Positions 24,301 through 37,661 of a DNA stretch of 64,000 nucleotides are shown here, piece after piece. Positions within the stretch are counted from its first letter, which is position 1. The number at the start of each line of letters is the position of its first letter. The DNA lies in assembly GCF_032191835.1 (NCBI RefSeq), contig NC_083239.1, forward strand, positions 33,914,001 to 33,978,000. Direction: 5' to 3'. The notes below the pieces were generated by a model, which was given only the letters and a program-made list of their open reading frames with translations, was not told the DNA's origin and did no database searches. Both the position numbers and the translations under genes were made by a program. The DNA is from Heteronotia binoei. Lineage: Eukaryota.

Positions 24301-24405
24301 CCTCCTTTTCCCAATGAGCCTTTGCATTGTTTGTGGTCGGATGAGAATACTTTCATTTTTTAAAAATTAGTTATTTAGCTTGAAATAGAATAAAGTAGAA
24401 GTCAA

Positions 24406-25243
24406 CGTGGCAGATGCGGTTCAATGTGGCCAAGTGCAAAGTAATGCACATTGGGGCCAAGAATCCCAGCTACAAATACAAGTTGATGGGGTGTGACCTG
24501 GCAGAGACTGACCAAGAGAGAGATCTTGGGGTCGTGGTAGATACGTAACTCACTGAAAATGTCAAGACAGTGTGCGTTTGCAATAAAAAAGGCCAACGCC
24601 ATGCTGGGAATTATTAGGAAGGGAACTGAAAACAAATCAGCCAGTATCATAATGCCCCTGTATAAATCGATGGTGCGGTCTCATTTGGAGTACTGTGTGC
24701 AGTTCTGGTCGCCGCACCTCAAAGAGGATATTATAGCATTGGAGAAAGTCCAGAAAAGGGCAACTAGAATGATTAAAGGGCTGGAACACTTTCCTATGAA
24801 GAAAGGTTAAAACGCTTGGGGCTCTTTAGCTTGGAGAAACATCGACTGCGGGGTGACATGATAGAGGTTTACAAGATAATGCATGGGATGGAGAAAGTAG
24901 AGAAAGAAGTACTTTTCTCCCTTTCTTACAATACAAGAACTCATGGGCATTCGATGAAATTGCTGAGCAGACAGGTTAAAACGGATAAAAGGAAGTACTT
25001 CTTCACCCAAAGGGTGATTAACATGCGGAATTCACTGCCACAGGAGGTGGTGGCGGCCACAAGCATAGCCACCTTCAGGAGGGGGTTAGATAAAAATATG
25101 GAGCAGAGGTCCATCAGTGACTATTAGCCACAGTGTGTGTATATGTGTGTGTGTATATATATAATTTTTTTTTTGCCACTGTGTGACACAGGGTGTTGGA
25201 CTGGATGAGCCATTGGCCTGATCTAACATGGCTTCTCTTATGT
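24406..25243 (+). mobile_element. CR1 LINE, 5'-truncated (ORF2 C-terminus with frameshifts, plus 3' UTR)
   Basis: RFNVAKCKVMHIG..DLGVVVD / QCAFAIKKANAMLG..LEYCVQFWSP..LEKVQKRATRMI / LFSLEK.RLRGDMI..KYFFTQRV. tcaa is duplicated at both ends. Confidence 0.92.
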
Positions 25244-25343
25244 TCAAGTTGCACCTTTAAGACCAACAAAGTTTTATTCAGAATGTAAGTTTTTGTGTGC
25301 TCTAAGCCCACTTCATCAGACCAGGAATCAGGTGTAGTGAGCA

Positions 25344-25856
25344 TTTATGTATTTTATTTATTTATTTCTTAAAATTTTTATCCTGCCCAGTCCGCAAGCA
25401 GACTCAGGGCGGCTAACAATCAGTTATATAATGCGATTTGAAACCAATAAAATACATTTAAAAACATTTTGTGGTGCTATACAACTTTAATATGGCAGGA
25501 TCTTTCTTTTTTCTGTTAGTGATCCTATGATATTCGTAGCACCTCAGTGGTGTGAGGTGGTGGTTCTCTCCCGGTTCAGGTGTTGAAGGCCTGTCGAAAC
25601 AGTTCAGTTTTGCAGGCCCTGCAGAATTGTGAAAGATCCCGCAACGTCCTTATGGCCTCCGGGAGGGCGTTCCACATTTCTGGTGCCGCCACTGAGAGGG
25701 CCCTAGCCCGTGTGGAGCATAGCCTGGCTTCCTTTGGTCCAGGGATGGACAATAGGTTTTGTGTCCCTGAATGCAGTGCTCTCTGGGGAATATGCGGAGA
25801 AAGGCGGTCCTGTAGATAGGCAGGCCTCCAACCATAAAGGGCTTTAAAGGTCATAA
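25344..25856 (-). mobile_element. L2 LINE 3' fragment
   Basis: Peptide TFKALYG..PAYLQDRLSP..RALHSG..LCSTRARALSVAAPEMWNALP is homologous to the C-terminus of the 51104-54046 ORF and has the same 3' tail. Confidence 0.88.
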
Positions 25857-26170
25857 AGCAGAGCTACATATAGCTGGTAGGCAGCGGTTTAGAATGCAAA
25901 ATGGTACACATTTAAGATCCAATGACGGAATAGTAAAAATAACAAATTGAGCAAACCTTTGCTCTGGGTAACGTGAGTGTGAGAAACCAATAAAACAGTT
26001 ACATGTCAAGATGTTACTATTTAATTGGTTTCTCACACACATGTTACCCAGATCAAAGGTTTGCTCAATTTGTTAATTGTATTGTTTTGTCATTGGATCT
26101 TAAATTTGTACCATTTTGCATTCTAAACCACTGCCTACTAACTGTATCTAGCTCTGCTCACTCTACCGGA
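25857..26170. mobile_element. Central palindrome of a fold-back Penelope-like element
   Basis: About 135-nt arms (25858-25991 vs 26024-26157) are close reverse complements. The arms continue beyond the nested insertions at 25244-25343 and 26469-26600. Confidence 0.7.
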
Positions 26171-26460
26171 GGAGGAGGAGAGCCAGTTTGGTGTAGTGGT
26201 TAAGTGTGTGGACTCTTAGCTGGGAGAACCGGGTTTGATTCCCCACTCCTCCACTTGCACCTGCTGAGATGGGCTTGGGTCAGCCATAGCTCTGGCAGAG
26301 GTTGTCCTTGAAAGGGCAGCTGCTGTGAGAGCCCTCTCCAGCCCCACCCACCTCACAGGGTGTCTGTTGTGGGGGAGGAAGGTAAAGTAGATTGTGAGCC
26401 GCTCTGAGACTCTTCGGAGTGGAGGGCGGGATATAAATCCAATATCATCATCTTCTTCTT
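26171..26460 (+). mobile_element. tRNA-head / L2-tail SINE with TSD
   Basis: Full-length copy flanked by the direct repeat ctaccgga (26163-26170 and 26461-26468). Confidence 0.88.
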
Positions 26461-29400
26461 CTACCGGATTCCTCGTCTGATGAAGCGTGCTTAGAGGGCA
26501 CATGAAAGCTTACGTTTTGAATAAAACTGTTGGTCTTAAAGGTGCAACTTGACTTCTGCTTTGTTCTACTGCTTCAGATCAACACGGCTGCCCGCATGGA
26601 TTTAACTTAAAGTATTTATTGGTTTAGAACAGACCAGTTAGCTGAGCGCTACTTGGGACCCATACTTCAGTCCCGCAGCCTTGAAGGGGGAAAAAAATCC
26701 CGTGTCCCTTGAATCAAGACTTAAAATGCAGAAACGGGCGATTGAAGGTTTTAATGGCATTGAGGGTAAAGAACATCCCCTGTTAAGCAACATCCTGTTA
26801 AGCCTCTGTTAAAGGGGCAGGATATTTTTCTCCAGGCCTGTTGGTAACCTCAGTTTTAGCCCACTGGTTTTAGTGGGGCAGCCCTAGAGGATTCTACTGT
26901 GAGACCCTTGGCCAGGAGTGGCCAAACTAGCACTCGAGAGCCACATGGTGGCTCTTTTACACATATTGTGTGGCTCTCGAAGCCCTTCCCTGCCCTGTCA
27001 ACTGGCCTGGAGTATGCAGTTAACGTTGCTTTCTTTCCATCTATCTCCCTCATCCCATCTATTTCTTCCCTCCTTTCCCTCCCCTCCCTTTCTCCTGCCC
27101 ATTAATGTCTTGTAGCTCTCAAACGTCTGACATTCTATGTAGCTCTTACATTAAGCAAGTTTGGCCACCCCTGCCCTTGACCACCGGGCACTCAGTACTG
27201 AGCACTGGATACTCAGGCTGTGAGTGGCATAGTGCTGACCTGGAATTTGGGGGTCACAGCCCCACTTGAAGCTTGCTAAGTAACTGTGGGCCGGTCATTC
27301 CCTCTCAGCTTCATTTATCTCACAGGAGTCTTGTGAGGATGAAAGAGGTCTGGGAGAATTGCATACGCCATCCTGACGTTTTTGAAGAAAGGGTGGGGTT
27401 TAAAAAATCCCAAAATTGCAGAGCCCAGCCTACAAAATGGAACTTTTTTTTAATGCTGTTTTTTGGAAAGACCTACTGTTGCTACATATGCATACGCAGT
27501 AAGTGTGTGTACTCTTCTTGCTTAGGGTAACCAGCAGTCTGGAAGTGGGGGGAAAGAGGGAGTCCCTTTAATTGAAACTTGATGGGAAGCCATGAAAAGC
27601 TTCACTTGCCCATTTCTATGTATTAAACCTGTATCTATGGGGCAGGACATTTTTTCTCCTTCAAGCTGTTGGCAGCCCTTCTCCTGCCTTTCTTGGTGCA
27701 CCTGCTAAAAGGAGCAATAGGGCAATGAGGTGAAGTCACTCAGTGGTGGAGAGGATTCCTTCTTTGGCTCATCCCTCTCGGTGCTCAGATTATGTTTCTT
27801 GTCCCCAGCGCTCTGGGTCTGTTGCACATGGCCCTGGCCTTCAAACCAGGTCATAACACTGACTCTCCTTTATTGTATCATGTCACTCTCGTTGTATGCG
27901 CTTGCAACTTAGTTGACCACTGTTGCCTCAACCTGTTTAATCAACTATTTCACACATCTGATGGGTTTAGGATTTTACTGTCCCAAAATGTTGGGGTAAT
28001 GGCTCCCTAAGCTTATTACGTTGATACTTAGTTTTCCTGCCAGATTGGCTCCTGAAGGCATCTTACAGTTCAGATGCGTAGCAATAAATTGTTTCAGTAA
28101 GGCCAGTTCCAAATCTATCAATATTTTGCATTTAAAATAAATGCAGAAATACAACATGGGCTGACTTGCCATTGATCTTCTTTCTCTGAAACCACCAGAT
28201 CTTGGCTGCTGTTTGTGGGCAACTGGGAGTGGAGGGTATTTTCCTATAATTTTGTATTTCTTTGCTGCATTGATACCTTTTTTCATCACAAAACCTAAGG
28301 TGACTTGCCTTAGTTTCCCAGGAGCCCTCCCATCTAGGCAAAACCCAGACCTACTTAGCTTCAGCAAGAATACTGTGTCATGTGCCTTTCAGCCTACTTT
28401 GGGACCCCTTCCAATTACAGAGTAAGGAGGAGATGAGGCTCATCAGTGATGATGAAACTTACATGGAAAGAGGCAGTATACCTCTGCAATAGGAGTTTTT
28501 TGTGGGCAAACAGCAAAGGGAGGTTAATGCTTTCAAGCAGTGCTTGAGGATTTCACAGAGGCATCCAGCTGGCCGTGGTGCAAACTAGGGCCTTGGGCTA
28601 AATGGACCTTTGGCTTGGCCCAAGCTCTGTATCCTTGCATTAAAACTGTAATTTGGGAGTGATCCCCATGGAACATTGCAGGATTTATGAAAATGTTAGG
28701 CTTGAACCATAAAGCTACTGTTCTGTTCAAGAGGACTGGACTTCAATCCATGACATGCTGACTTGTAAGTAAGTGCCAAGGAATATAGGACTTTAAAAAA
28801 AAAAATAGGAAATTTTACTAGTGTTGCACTGTGAGGCTGCAATCCTGTGTATATATCTGGGAATAAGCCTTGTGGAATACAATATGACTTTTTAGCAAAT
28901 GTGTGGGAGTTGTAGGTACACTTATTCGTAAGCAAGTTTCATTGAAATAGGCTGGATGTGCTTATATGCATGCATAGGACTAGGCTCTAAAAAGTCCTTT
29001 TTAAAGATAATTTGTACTATATTTGATTGTTTTTAAATAGCATGGAACAGAACCCATCTTTAAGTGAGGTGTATATTCTAACTGCAGTAAATTTTTATTA
29101 TTGAATACAATCTTACCCTGTTCTTCCTCCAAGGAGCCCAAATCAGCTTTTCAAGAAGGTTGCCATTCAGGCAGCTTACAAGGCTGATGAGGTACTATGT
29201 GCATCCAGGCTCTTATGTGGTTGACCCATTTTGTGATTCCTGTGGCCAGTTTGTCAGCAGTGAGATAACGAGAACAGGAATTGTTCCATCAGCAAAGCTG
29301 TAGCATCCCCCACCCCTTTATTCACTATATCTCTCTGCCCTTTTAGACCTATACTAGTTCCACTCTTGATACACATATATTTATATTGTTTCACTTTCTT

Positions 29401-31857
29401 TCCAAAGCTTTTGATGTTAAGCATGTGCAATCTATTATAGTCATAGAATTACATTTTGTGATGTTAAAGAATGTAGAATTTGTGCCTAAAATTCTAACAA
29501 AGTTGTTGCCTGTTGCTGGCAACTAATTAAAGACACAACATAGATAGGATAACGCCAATTGCCTGAATGTTTATCTGCCAATTTTCATCAAATACTCATG
29601 ACTTTTTTTTTTTTTACTCTTCTTGGTCCCAACCTCCCTTAACCTCACTATAATCTCTGCTTAGTGCTCTCTCCCTGGGCATGTACATGGTGCCCTCTTC
29701 AGACCCCACCTTTTCAATGATGTCTTCGGCTTAACTCCATAATCCTCATCTAAGGCTGTAACATAGTTTAACCACATATAACTTTACTCATACGTTTCTT
29801 ACTACACTGGGGTCTCTCATCCTCTCCCTCTTTTTCCCCCATTATTAATTTTAGACAGTTAAGCTCCCTGTCAGATAGCTCTTATTTTGCTTATAAGATT
29901 CAAACAGTGCAATCCTTTACAGTGTTATTCCAGTCTAAACTCACTGAAATCAATGGGCTTGGAGTAAATCTGCATAGGATTTTACCGTAAATCACTGTGA
30001 TGGGTTGCATACGTGATAATAATGCATTTCATTAAAACGTGATATTACCTAGACTAGAGCAATGGCTGGTGATAATAGCAAGGAAGTTTATTTTTTTAAA
30101 AACCACAGGGTTACTTCCTAATGCAAATGCTGATGATTTAATCTGGCTTGAGATAACAGAATAGTTGTAAAATATATATTACCCACTTAACTAGTTGGGG
30201 AAATGCTGATGCAGTCAGGGAAAGAGAAGCTTGCCCTGAAGTGGGAGGACAGTGTGTGGTTGCCTACTTTGCTGTCCTGCATTCCAGGTCAAGAAGTTTG
30301 TGTGAACATATACTGGCATCCTTGGACAAGAGTATCGTCACATCAGGCATACTGGTTTGTCCTTTCTCCCCAAAGAAAAGTCAGCCCACGTTGCAGGTAT
30401 CTTTTTAGATGCCAGACAGTGAAGAAGCAAGTAAATTGCTGGTATGAAGACAGCTTTGTGTGTGTAAAGTGCCATCAAACTGCAACCAACTCATAGCAAC
30501 TCCAGCAAGGAGTTTTTGAGGCAAATGAGAAGTAGAGGTAGTTTGCCATTGCTTTCCCCTGTGGGTCATCTTTGGAGATCTCCCATCCAAAATACAAAAC
30601 AGGGCTGACCCTGCTTAGCTTTCAAGATCTGATGAGATCAGGCTGTACCATGCCATCTTCCCTCCCAAAGACAGCTTTAAAACACAACAGGGGCTTCCCC
30701 TGAAGCGTTTACTGAAGAGTGCCCTACTTAATAATCAGGTCCCTGTCTGGCTTGCATTTATTGTGGCTCAGGACTACATTTTTTAGTCAAATGCAAGCTT
30801 TTGAGCGCTGCTAACTTCTGCATCTCCAGATGTTTTGAATAGGAAATTAATCACTCATATAGCAAAACTTGCAAACAGAAAAGCAAACTTCCAAGTTTAT
30901 CTGAATGAATGGATTTCAACCATGGGACACTGAATAATAGAGTACATTCAGCAGATACCCAAAAAATGTAGTTCAGTACATCATTTCAAATCCCAGTGTT
31001 GCCATGAAGCTTTTTGCTGGGTAAGCATGGGCCACTTAACTGGCTCTCTGCCTAGTCCTCCACAGGGGTGTTGTTGTGAATACAACATTGAGAAAGTCCC
31101 ATTCTGCCTTCCCTTGGATACTTGGAAGAAAAGTATAATAAATATTTTTAACCCTTAGTCCTGGGCAGGAATGGAAAATGTATTTAATTTTCCCGTAGTC
31201 ATATCATATTTTTAAGACACTTGGACATTTAGGATTTTTCCAGCAGTAACATCTTTTTTAAATTGATTTCCCCCCTGCTTAGTGGCACTCCACCAAGCAA
31301 AGCTGGAAGGTCACTAAGTAAAGCTGGAAGGCCAGATGCCTATGGATGAGCCGTTTAAGTCAGAGAATGGCTCCTTAGGCTGGAGGAAGGCTTCAGACTT
31401 TGCTGAGTGGAGCGCTAGAATACATGCCAGTATGATCAGATGTGGTCTGTATTGGATGTAGACACAAGGCCAAAGACTTTCTGCTTGGGATGTTGTCTTA
31501 GGTAAACTAAAGCTTCCTTCCCCCAGGAGAAGCAGTGCCCGGATGGCATTTTCTTACGAGTTCTGCTCTGGAACAATTCATATTGGGTATGAGCGAAAGA
31601 TGAAGCAATTGCAACTGCCCTAAGTTGAGGTTCTTTGTTTTGGAGGCTGCAGAACTTGTTTAATCTGTGTATAGAGGATATATGGAAACAGAGTGAGTAT
31701 CATCGAAGGGGGATTGCCTACAAGGAGACTGGAAACCCTGAATTTCTTTGCATTTCCTTTTCTGGCATCTGAGTTGCTGGTGCTTGAATTCCCAAAAGCC
31801 TGACCTCTTGTGCATCAGCTTCCATCAGCAAAGCACTTTGGGTTTGTCTCGAGAACA

Positions 31858-32461
31858 ATGAGGCGTGACAGACCCCAAGAGCGGGCAGCCAGCTGGCCAG
31901 CAGAGCACATCAAGGTGCTCCTTGCCCTGTGGACTGAGGCAGCAGTGACTCACGATCTCAGCTCCCACGGGAGGAACCGTGCAGTGTATGACGGCATTTC
32001 CCAGCGTCTTGCAGAAATGGGCATTTATCGGACTGGGGACCAATGCCGGGAGAAAATGAAAGGTCTGAAAGTGGCCTACCGCAAAGCCAAAGAAAACAAC
32101 TCAGTGGGGCGGCCCCCCATCAAATGTCCATTCTATGATGAGATAGACCAGATAATGACACAATACATCAACTGCAGGCCAGGCTTTCCCTCAGAAGCTA
32201 GTGAAGGATCCAGCACCATTGTGGACAGGCAGGAAGGACTCCCCATCTCGGAGCCCTGGGGGTCCCAGTCTGGCATCTCTGAGCGATGGGGATCCCAGGC
32301 CTCGGGACATTGGTTATCACAGGCTGCTGCTTCCGAAAGTCAAGGGACTGATGAATTCAGTTATGTCCAGGCAGAGTCTCAAGATGCCTTTGGTGAGATT
32401 CAAGTCATTCCGGTCCAAGTGAAGGAAGAGGAATCAGAAGATGAGATATCACCTGAGCTTG
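31858..32461 (+). CDS. Myb/SANT-SCAN gene, first coding exon (Myb/SANT-like trihelix DNA-binding domain)
   Basis: MRRDRPQERAASWPAEHIKVLLALW..RNRAVYDGISQRLAEMGIYRTGDQCREKMKGLKVAYRKAKE..CPFYDEIDQI, plus a VKEE SUMO-type motif. Donor G|GTAAGC, phase 1. Confidence 0.88.
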
Positions 32462-33920
32462 GTAAGCACTCTCGTTTGTTTTGCCTGAGTTTATGTCAGT
32501 GGACTCTTTGCAGGAGGATATCTCAGGTCGGATTGACTCCTTGCTCTATGGAGTATACTGTTGGTCCTTTGATTTGAAGTGTTTATTTAACTTGAGACAT
32601 TAATTAGGTCTTCAGTCCCCAAAGGCTCTGATCAATCCTTTCTTAATTCATTGGTACCCATATGTATCTCAAGCACTGGCCTTTGCTCTCTTGTGGTGTC
32701 TCACAAGAACTGCTATTGTCAAAATTATGCTACCATCAAATAAGCAAATAACTCAAAAACATATCTGACTTGGCAGGCAGGACATATTTTCAGAAAGAAC
32801 ATTAGTTCAGTGGGCTGTTAGGACACCCACTGTATATTAGGTAGCTTGCTCATTCTATATCTTGATGCTTACTTGACTAACACACTTCATCCCTTTGGAC
32901 TGCAGGATCCTTCTCACAAGGATAACATACCCTGTGAATATTCCTCAGTGGAAATATGCTAGTCTTCAGAGACATTGGCCAATTCTGCACTTCTTTAATC
33001 CTGGTTCAATCCTCTTCCCAAACTGATTTTCTACACTAGAATCACAAACTCATAGAGTTGGTTTCTGTGATTCCATGATTCAAGTGTAGAATGTCAGTTA
33101 ATGGACAGGGCTGAACCAGAATTAAAGCTCTAGTGCAGAATTGGCCTTTCTCTTCAGAGTCCAAAGATCCTGGCACCCTAGATATACCTAAGAAGGGGCC
33201 ATCATAGTATTTCCAGTAGTCTAGTTAACTGCAGCTAGCTCTTTCCCCACTGTTTCTTGCTTCTGGAAATTTTAGATGAGAATTCAGTATCCCAAGCTGA
33301 AATGGTAAACGGAGCTGCCCACAGATCCATCTGTAAAAGGAACACAAATGGGCAATTCCATTATATGTTTGTTTCTGTGTATTCATGAAGCCTCTGGAGA
33401 AAGGGAAACTGCAAGTGGAGAAAGTTCTGTTGCAATCAAATCTAATCAGCAGAGTATAATGAAAATTAATGTGCTTGGGCTTGTGTTCTGTATATTAAGT
33501 TTTCTGCATCTAACCTTGCAACCAGATTCCTGTAATACCTAAACTCTCTTTGTCTTTGGCTGCTAAAGCCCATTCAAACAATCAATGTGTGTGTGTGGGG
33601 TGGGGGGATAAAATGGTACTTATGAGGCTATATCATTTTCAGGGGTTCACATGTTTGACTGTTCTCCTCCCCCCAGTCTGCCTTCCCATGTTCCAAACAT
33701 AGTGACTGGTTATATAGATGAGTATAATTGCATGTTCACAATCTTCTTGTGAAGACTGGTTTCTCTGAAATTTGTTTCACTTTTCTCTGAAGTTTGTCCC
33801 ATCAGTCCTTATAAATCCTCTTGCTTTCTCACTCAGGTTATCCCAACTATTAAAAGTCTTAGATATATGTACATAATGGCATTCCTCCAGATGTTCACTG
33901 GGTGTTGTTGCTTTTTATAG

Positions 33921-34936
33921 ATGTGCCCTCTCCTATAGTGATGGAAACACAACCTACGCCAAGGCATCTCATTTCCATGCTTGACCAGCGTCCTCACCTT
34001 CGAACCCGGAAGCAAAAAGTTCAGGGAGAGGGCCAGTCAAGCTATCAAAGGGGAGCTGGCCAGAAGTACAGCCGTTCCCATCATCTGGAGCTGCAGAGAA
34101 TGCAAAGACAGGTGGCCAGCCAAGCCGAGGAGAAGCAGAGCTTAGCAGAGTTCATCCAGCATGACAGGGAGATGCGCCGGGAGGACAGGGAATTCCAGGC
34201 CCAGCTCTTTGAGAAACTTTTCCAGAAACAAACGGAGCTTGTCCAGGCACTGTCTCAGAAAGCTCCTGTCAGCCCTACCTCCACTGCCTGTCCCAATGTC
34301 CTACAGACCTTGCAGGTGTCTGCCAAGAGTGGAGCAGGAACAGCTGCAGGCCCTGGTTCTCAGCTGCAGGCTTTGCTAGAACAGATAATGCAGGCTGAAG
34401 TATCAGGGAAGGGCCTAACCAGGCTTGCTGTGAAGGAGGCTCTTGGAGGAGCTGTGAAAGTGCCTCCTGAAGTACAGTACTGGACAGCTGAAGAGATACT
34501 GAGATGGCTGCTGTCTCAGCAGTCACCTAATGACCAGTGCCAAGAGGTGTTAGCAACTCCCAGACCAGGGACTGGTCCTGGTAAGGGCCTTAACAAAGCC
34601 CAGCAGCTCTGCGGTAACAACTGTGCTAAAGAGACAGAAACAGACATTGACATTGAAACCCAGCGGCAGTGCTTCCGGCAGTTCTGCTACCAGGATGCCT
34701 GTGGACCCCAGGAGGTTTATAGGTGCCTGTGGGACCTTTCGCATCAGTGGCTGAGGCCAGAGGTCCACAGCAAAGAGCAGATCATGGAGCTGCTGGTGGT
34801 TGAGCAATTCTTGAGTATCCTTCCTGAGGAAATCCAGACCTTGGTCCGAGAGTGTCAGCCAGAAAATGGCAAGGAGGCTGTGGCCCTGGCAGAGAGGTTC
34901 CAGCTTCACTTTGAGTCCAAGAGGAAACGGGACCGG
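33921..34936 (+). CDS. Myb/SANT-SCAN gene, coiled-coil + SCAN exon
   Basis: tttttatag| acceptor, phase 1. [19 protein letters not shown] coiled coil; [66 protein letters not shown]. Donor CGG|GTGAGA, phase 0. Confidence 0.88.
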
Positions 34937-35573
34937 GTGAGATCATATTGAGAATTAGTTATTTGTGATTTGGGGGGAATATGAGACATCACACAGACTC
35001 CTCTTTGGCCAAGGAATCATGAGAATCCCCATCTCTGTTTTCAGTGGCAATTCTAGCCTCCCAGTTCAAGGATGGGGAGAACAGGGAACTGGTGCCTGCA
35101 GTCCAATTACTGGAAGCCATGCCTTTTGGCTCCCTCAGAAATTGCAGGGTTTGGCAGACACTGCATTCACATCTTCTAAACTGCTATGATTGCTAGAAAT
35201 TTGCTTTTTAAAAAAGGTGAAAATCTCATGATTACAAAACACCAGATTCAGAACCACACATTAATATCCTAGAATATGTTTAGTCCTGTGAAAAGGACTG
35301 GAAGCACATGCAGTTGGGTTTTGTCTTTCAAGGAGACTTTTAAAAGGGGGGAGGGGTTCCTCAGCAAGAATTTTTTTTAAATAATCAGCTTATTAATAAC
35401 ATAGTAAATCTGTATACATCCATGGCTTTTACAGGGGTCTTGATGGACCAAGGGTCTGATTCAGTATAAGGCAGTTTCATATGTTCATATATGTTCAACA
35501 GCTCCTGTATCCCTTATGGAGCCTGTTATTTGAGCAGCAAGTGATGAATACTGGTGTGACATTCTTGTTCCAG

Positions 35574-35691
35574 ACACGAGTGTCATCTGAGGACGTGGTT
35601 CCAGTCTCTTCCAGAGGAAAACTGGATGACAATGAAACACAAGTGTGTGTCAAAGATAGCCAAGAGAACCCTGGGAGGGCTGGCTTACTTG
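35574..35691 (+). CDS. Myb/SANT-SCAN gene, degenerate KRAB-A-like exon
   Basis: ttgttccag| and G|GTAAGG, phase 0-1, 118 nt. TRVSSEDVVPV..KDSQENPGRAGLLG keeps the V..EDV and EN....LG landmarks of KRAB-A exons. Confidence 0.65.
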
Positions 35692-37028
35692 GTAAGGATT
35701 TGCTCATTACATTGAACATGTCTTTTGCTGTAATAGCGCACACTTCTTCGCTGAAATTCGCATAGCACCCAATGATTCATGCAAGTGTAGCAAACTTCAC
35801 AATACCGGGGAAGGCAAAACATACCTGGAATCAGTAGAGCAGCCAATGGACAAAGGGTGGGGGGAGTAGATTCCTGATGACAAGGGAAGCTAGTCATATC
35901 CATTACCTAAATACTCTCAACCTAACAAGGCATACAAATAAAAGTATTCAGATGGATGTTTGAAGATACATGGGATCAATGCTCCCTCTAAACTATGGAG
36001 TCTTATGAGCAAAAGTTCTACTTTGTGAGCTACTGCATAAATTAGTTTGCTATGGGGCTATTTTTCCTGAGCTAAGACAAAAATGTGTGAGTCAGAGGCT
36101 AAAAAACTGTGAGCTAGCTCAGCTTAGAGGGAACACTGCTTGGGGTATCACTTTAATTTGTGACAGTAACAATGCCACACTCAAATAGTATCATGTGAAT
36201 GCTGGTCATTAATTACGGTTTATTAAGGAAATTAAAGTTTATCTAGGAAACTCTAATATATGAAATGGCTGTATGGCCTGAGCACCCTCTGTCCCTGCTC
36301 TGAAATATTATTATTCATGAATTGTGATAGAGATTTCACTGGTAGATGGTGTTCTGCAATTTAAGATCTAGCCAAGTTCTTAGGAACTGCAGATGTATCT
36401 TTGTAGGGTTCTTGCTGTTCCAAGCAACACTGTCTTCTGGAGCTGAGCTGGTATTATTTGTTCAGTGCTCAGAATGTCTAGGTATTTCTTCTGCTGCTGC
36501 TGCTTCTGACTTTGTCAGCGGGACCCAAGGGCGATTACAAGTATGATGAAAATTTGTCAGTCAGTAAAAAGATTACAAGATATGATAACATTTCAATCTA
36601 ACAGCAGAATTTCCTAGTAAGATAGGGAAAAATGCAGTTTGCCTGGGGTCACAGAACAGGGGGGAAACCCGAACAATCCATGCAAACATTTCTAGGGCAG
36701 CAGGGCAATCAGTGTAGGAAACACTTTATCCCTAATAAAAGTTACCTCCTGGAGTACCACAAGATTATTGTGAGGTTAAGGAAAGACTTCCAAACATTTT
36801 TGCACAACTCTAAATGCTGCATTCATGATTACTTTGGCTGCATCAAGCCTCCTCCCTGAGGGCTTGTGTCTTCAGACACCTGGCTATGAAGTACAGAAGT
36901 ATCATCCAGGGATGCTGCACCTGAGGGTAAAGTGCCCATTCCCAGTCTAGGGCCGTAACCAAAAGCCCATCTGTTATTTTTTTCTATCTTGGCAGGTCTC
37001 TCGAGATAAACTTATTCTCCATCTTCAG

Positions 37029-37661
37029 GTACAGAAGCGCACCTTCGGCTGAGGAAGAGACCAAAATCGGGTCTGAGAGAATGGGTCACATCCAGGCAAG
37101 GTGGAGAACATGGAGAGGCAACAGCAAAGCACAGGAAGCTGGATAATAGCTTAGACGAGCAGGAAGTGACTGAGGTTGTGGAAAGAACAAACCGCAGGCC
37201 AACTCCCAGGCCAGGAAAGCAAGATGGAAAACCAAAAGGGCAGGAAAGATCTGTTCCAGAGCATTCTCTCGCTGTGGCTGGGGAAAGCACAGCTGAGGGG
37301 CAAGCCAAAATGGAGGGCAGTGGCAGGGCTTCAGAATCTCTGACTGGGGCACTTCCTTGTGGTACATTGCGCACAGGAAAGATGCCAGTAGGCCTCATGC
37401 CTTCTCAGCTGGCTTTCGACAAGGATGACATTGTCTCCAGCCCTCGGCGTAGGAACGACAGCCGCACATCTCCTGAAGCAGATGGACCTTCTCTCAGTGA
37501 CAGCATTGACCTGCTGCTGGATTCTCCGTGGAGCGGAAACGGCAGTGGTGACACAACCCACGATGGGCCCTCTGATCCCAGGGTGCAGCCATCCTGTGCC
37601 ACCTGCGCTGTGCTGAAGGCTGAGCTAGACACCATCCGTGAGGAGCTCAGGATAACTCAAG
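37029..37661 (+). CDS. Myb/SANT-SCAN gene, low-complexity exon ending in CxxC plus a coiled coil
   Basis: ccatcttcag| and G|GTAACC, phase 1-1; 633 nt with no stop; ends PSCATCAVLKAELDTIREELRITQ. Confidence 0.7.

Noticed and set aside
33276-33304. Possible micro-exon (DENSVSQAEM) in the Myb/SANT-SCAN gene
   Set aside because: Ends in phase 0 and is incompatible with the phase-1 acceptor at 33921.
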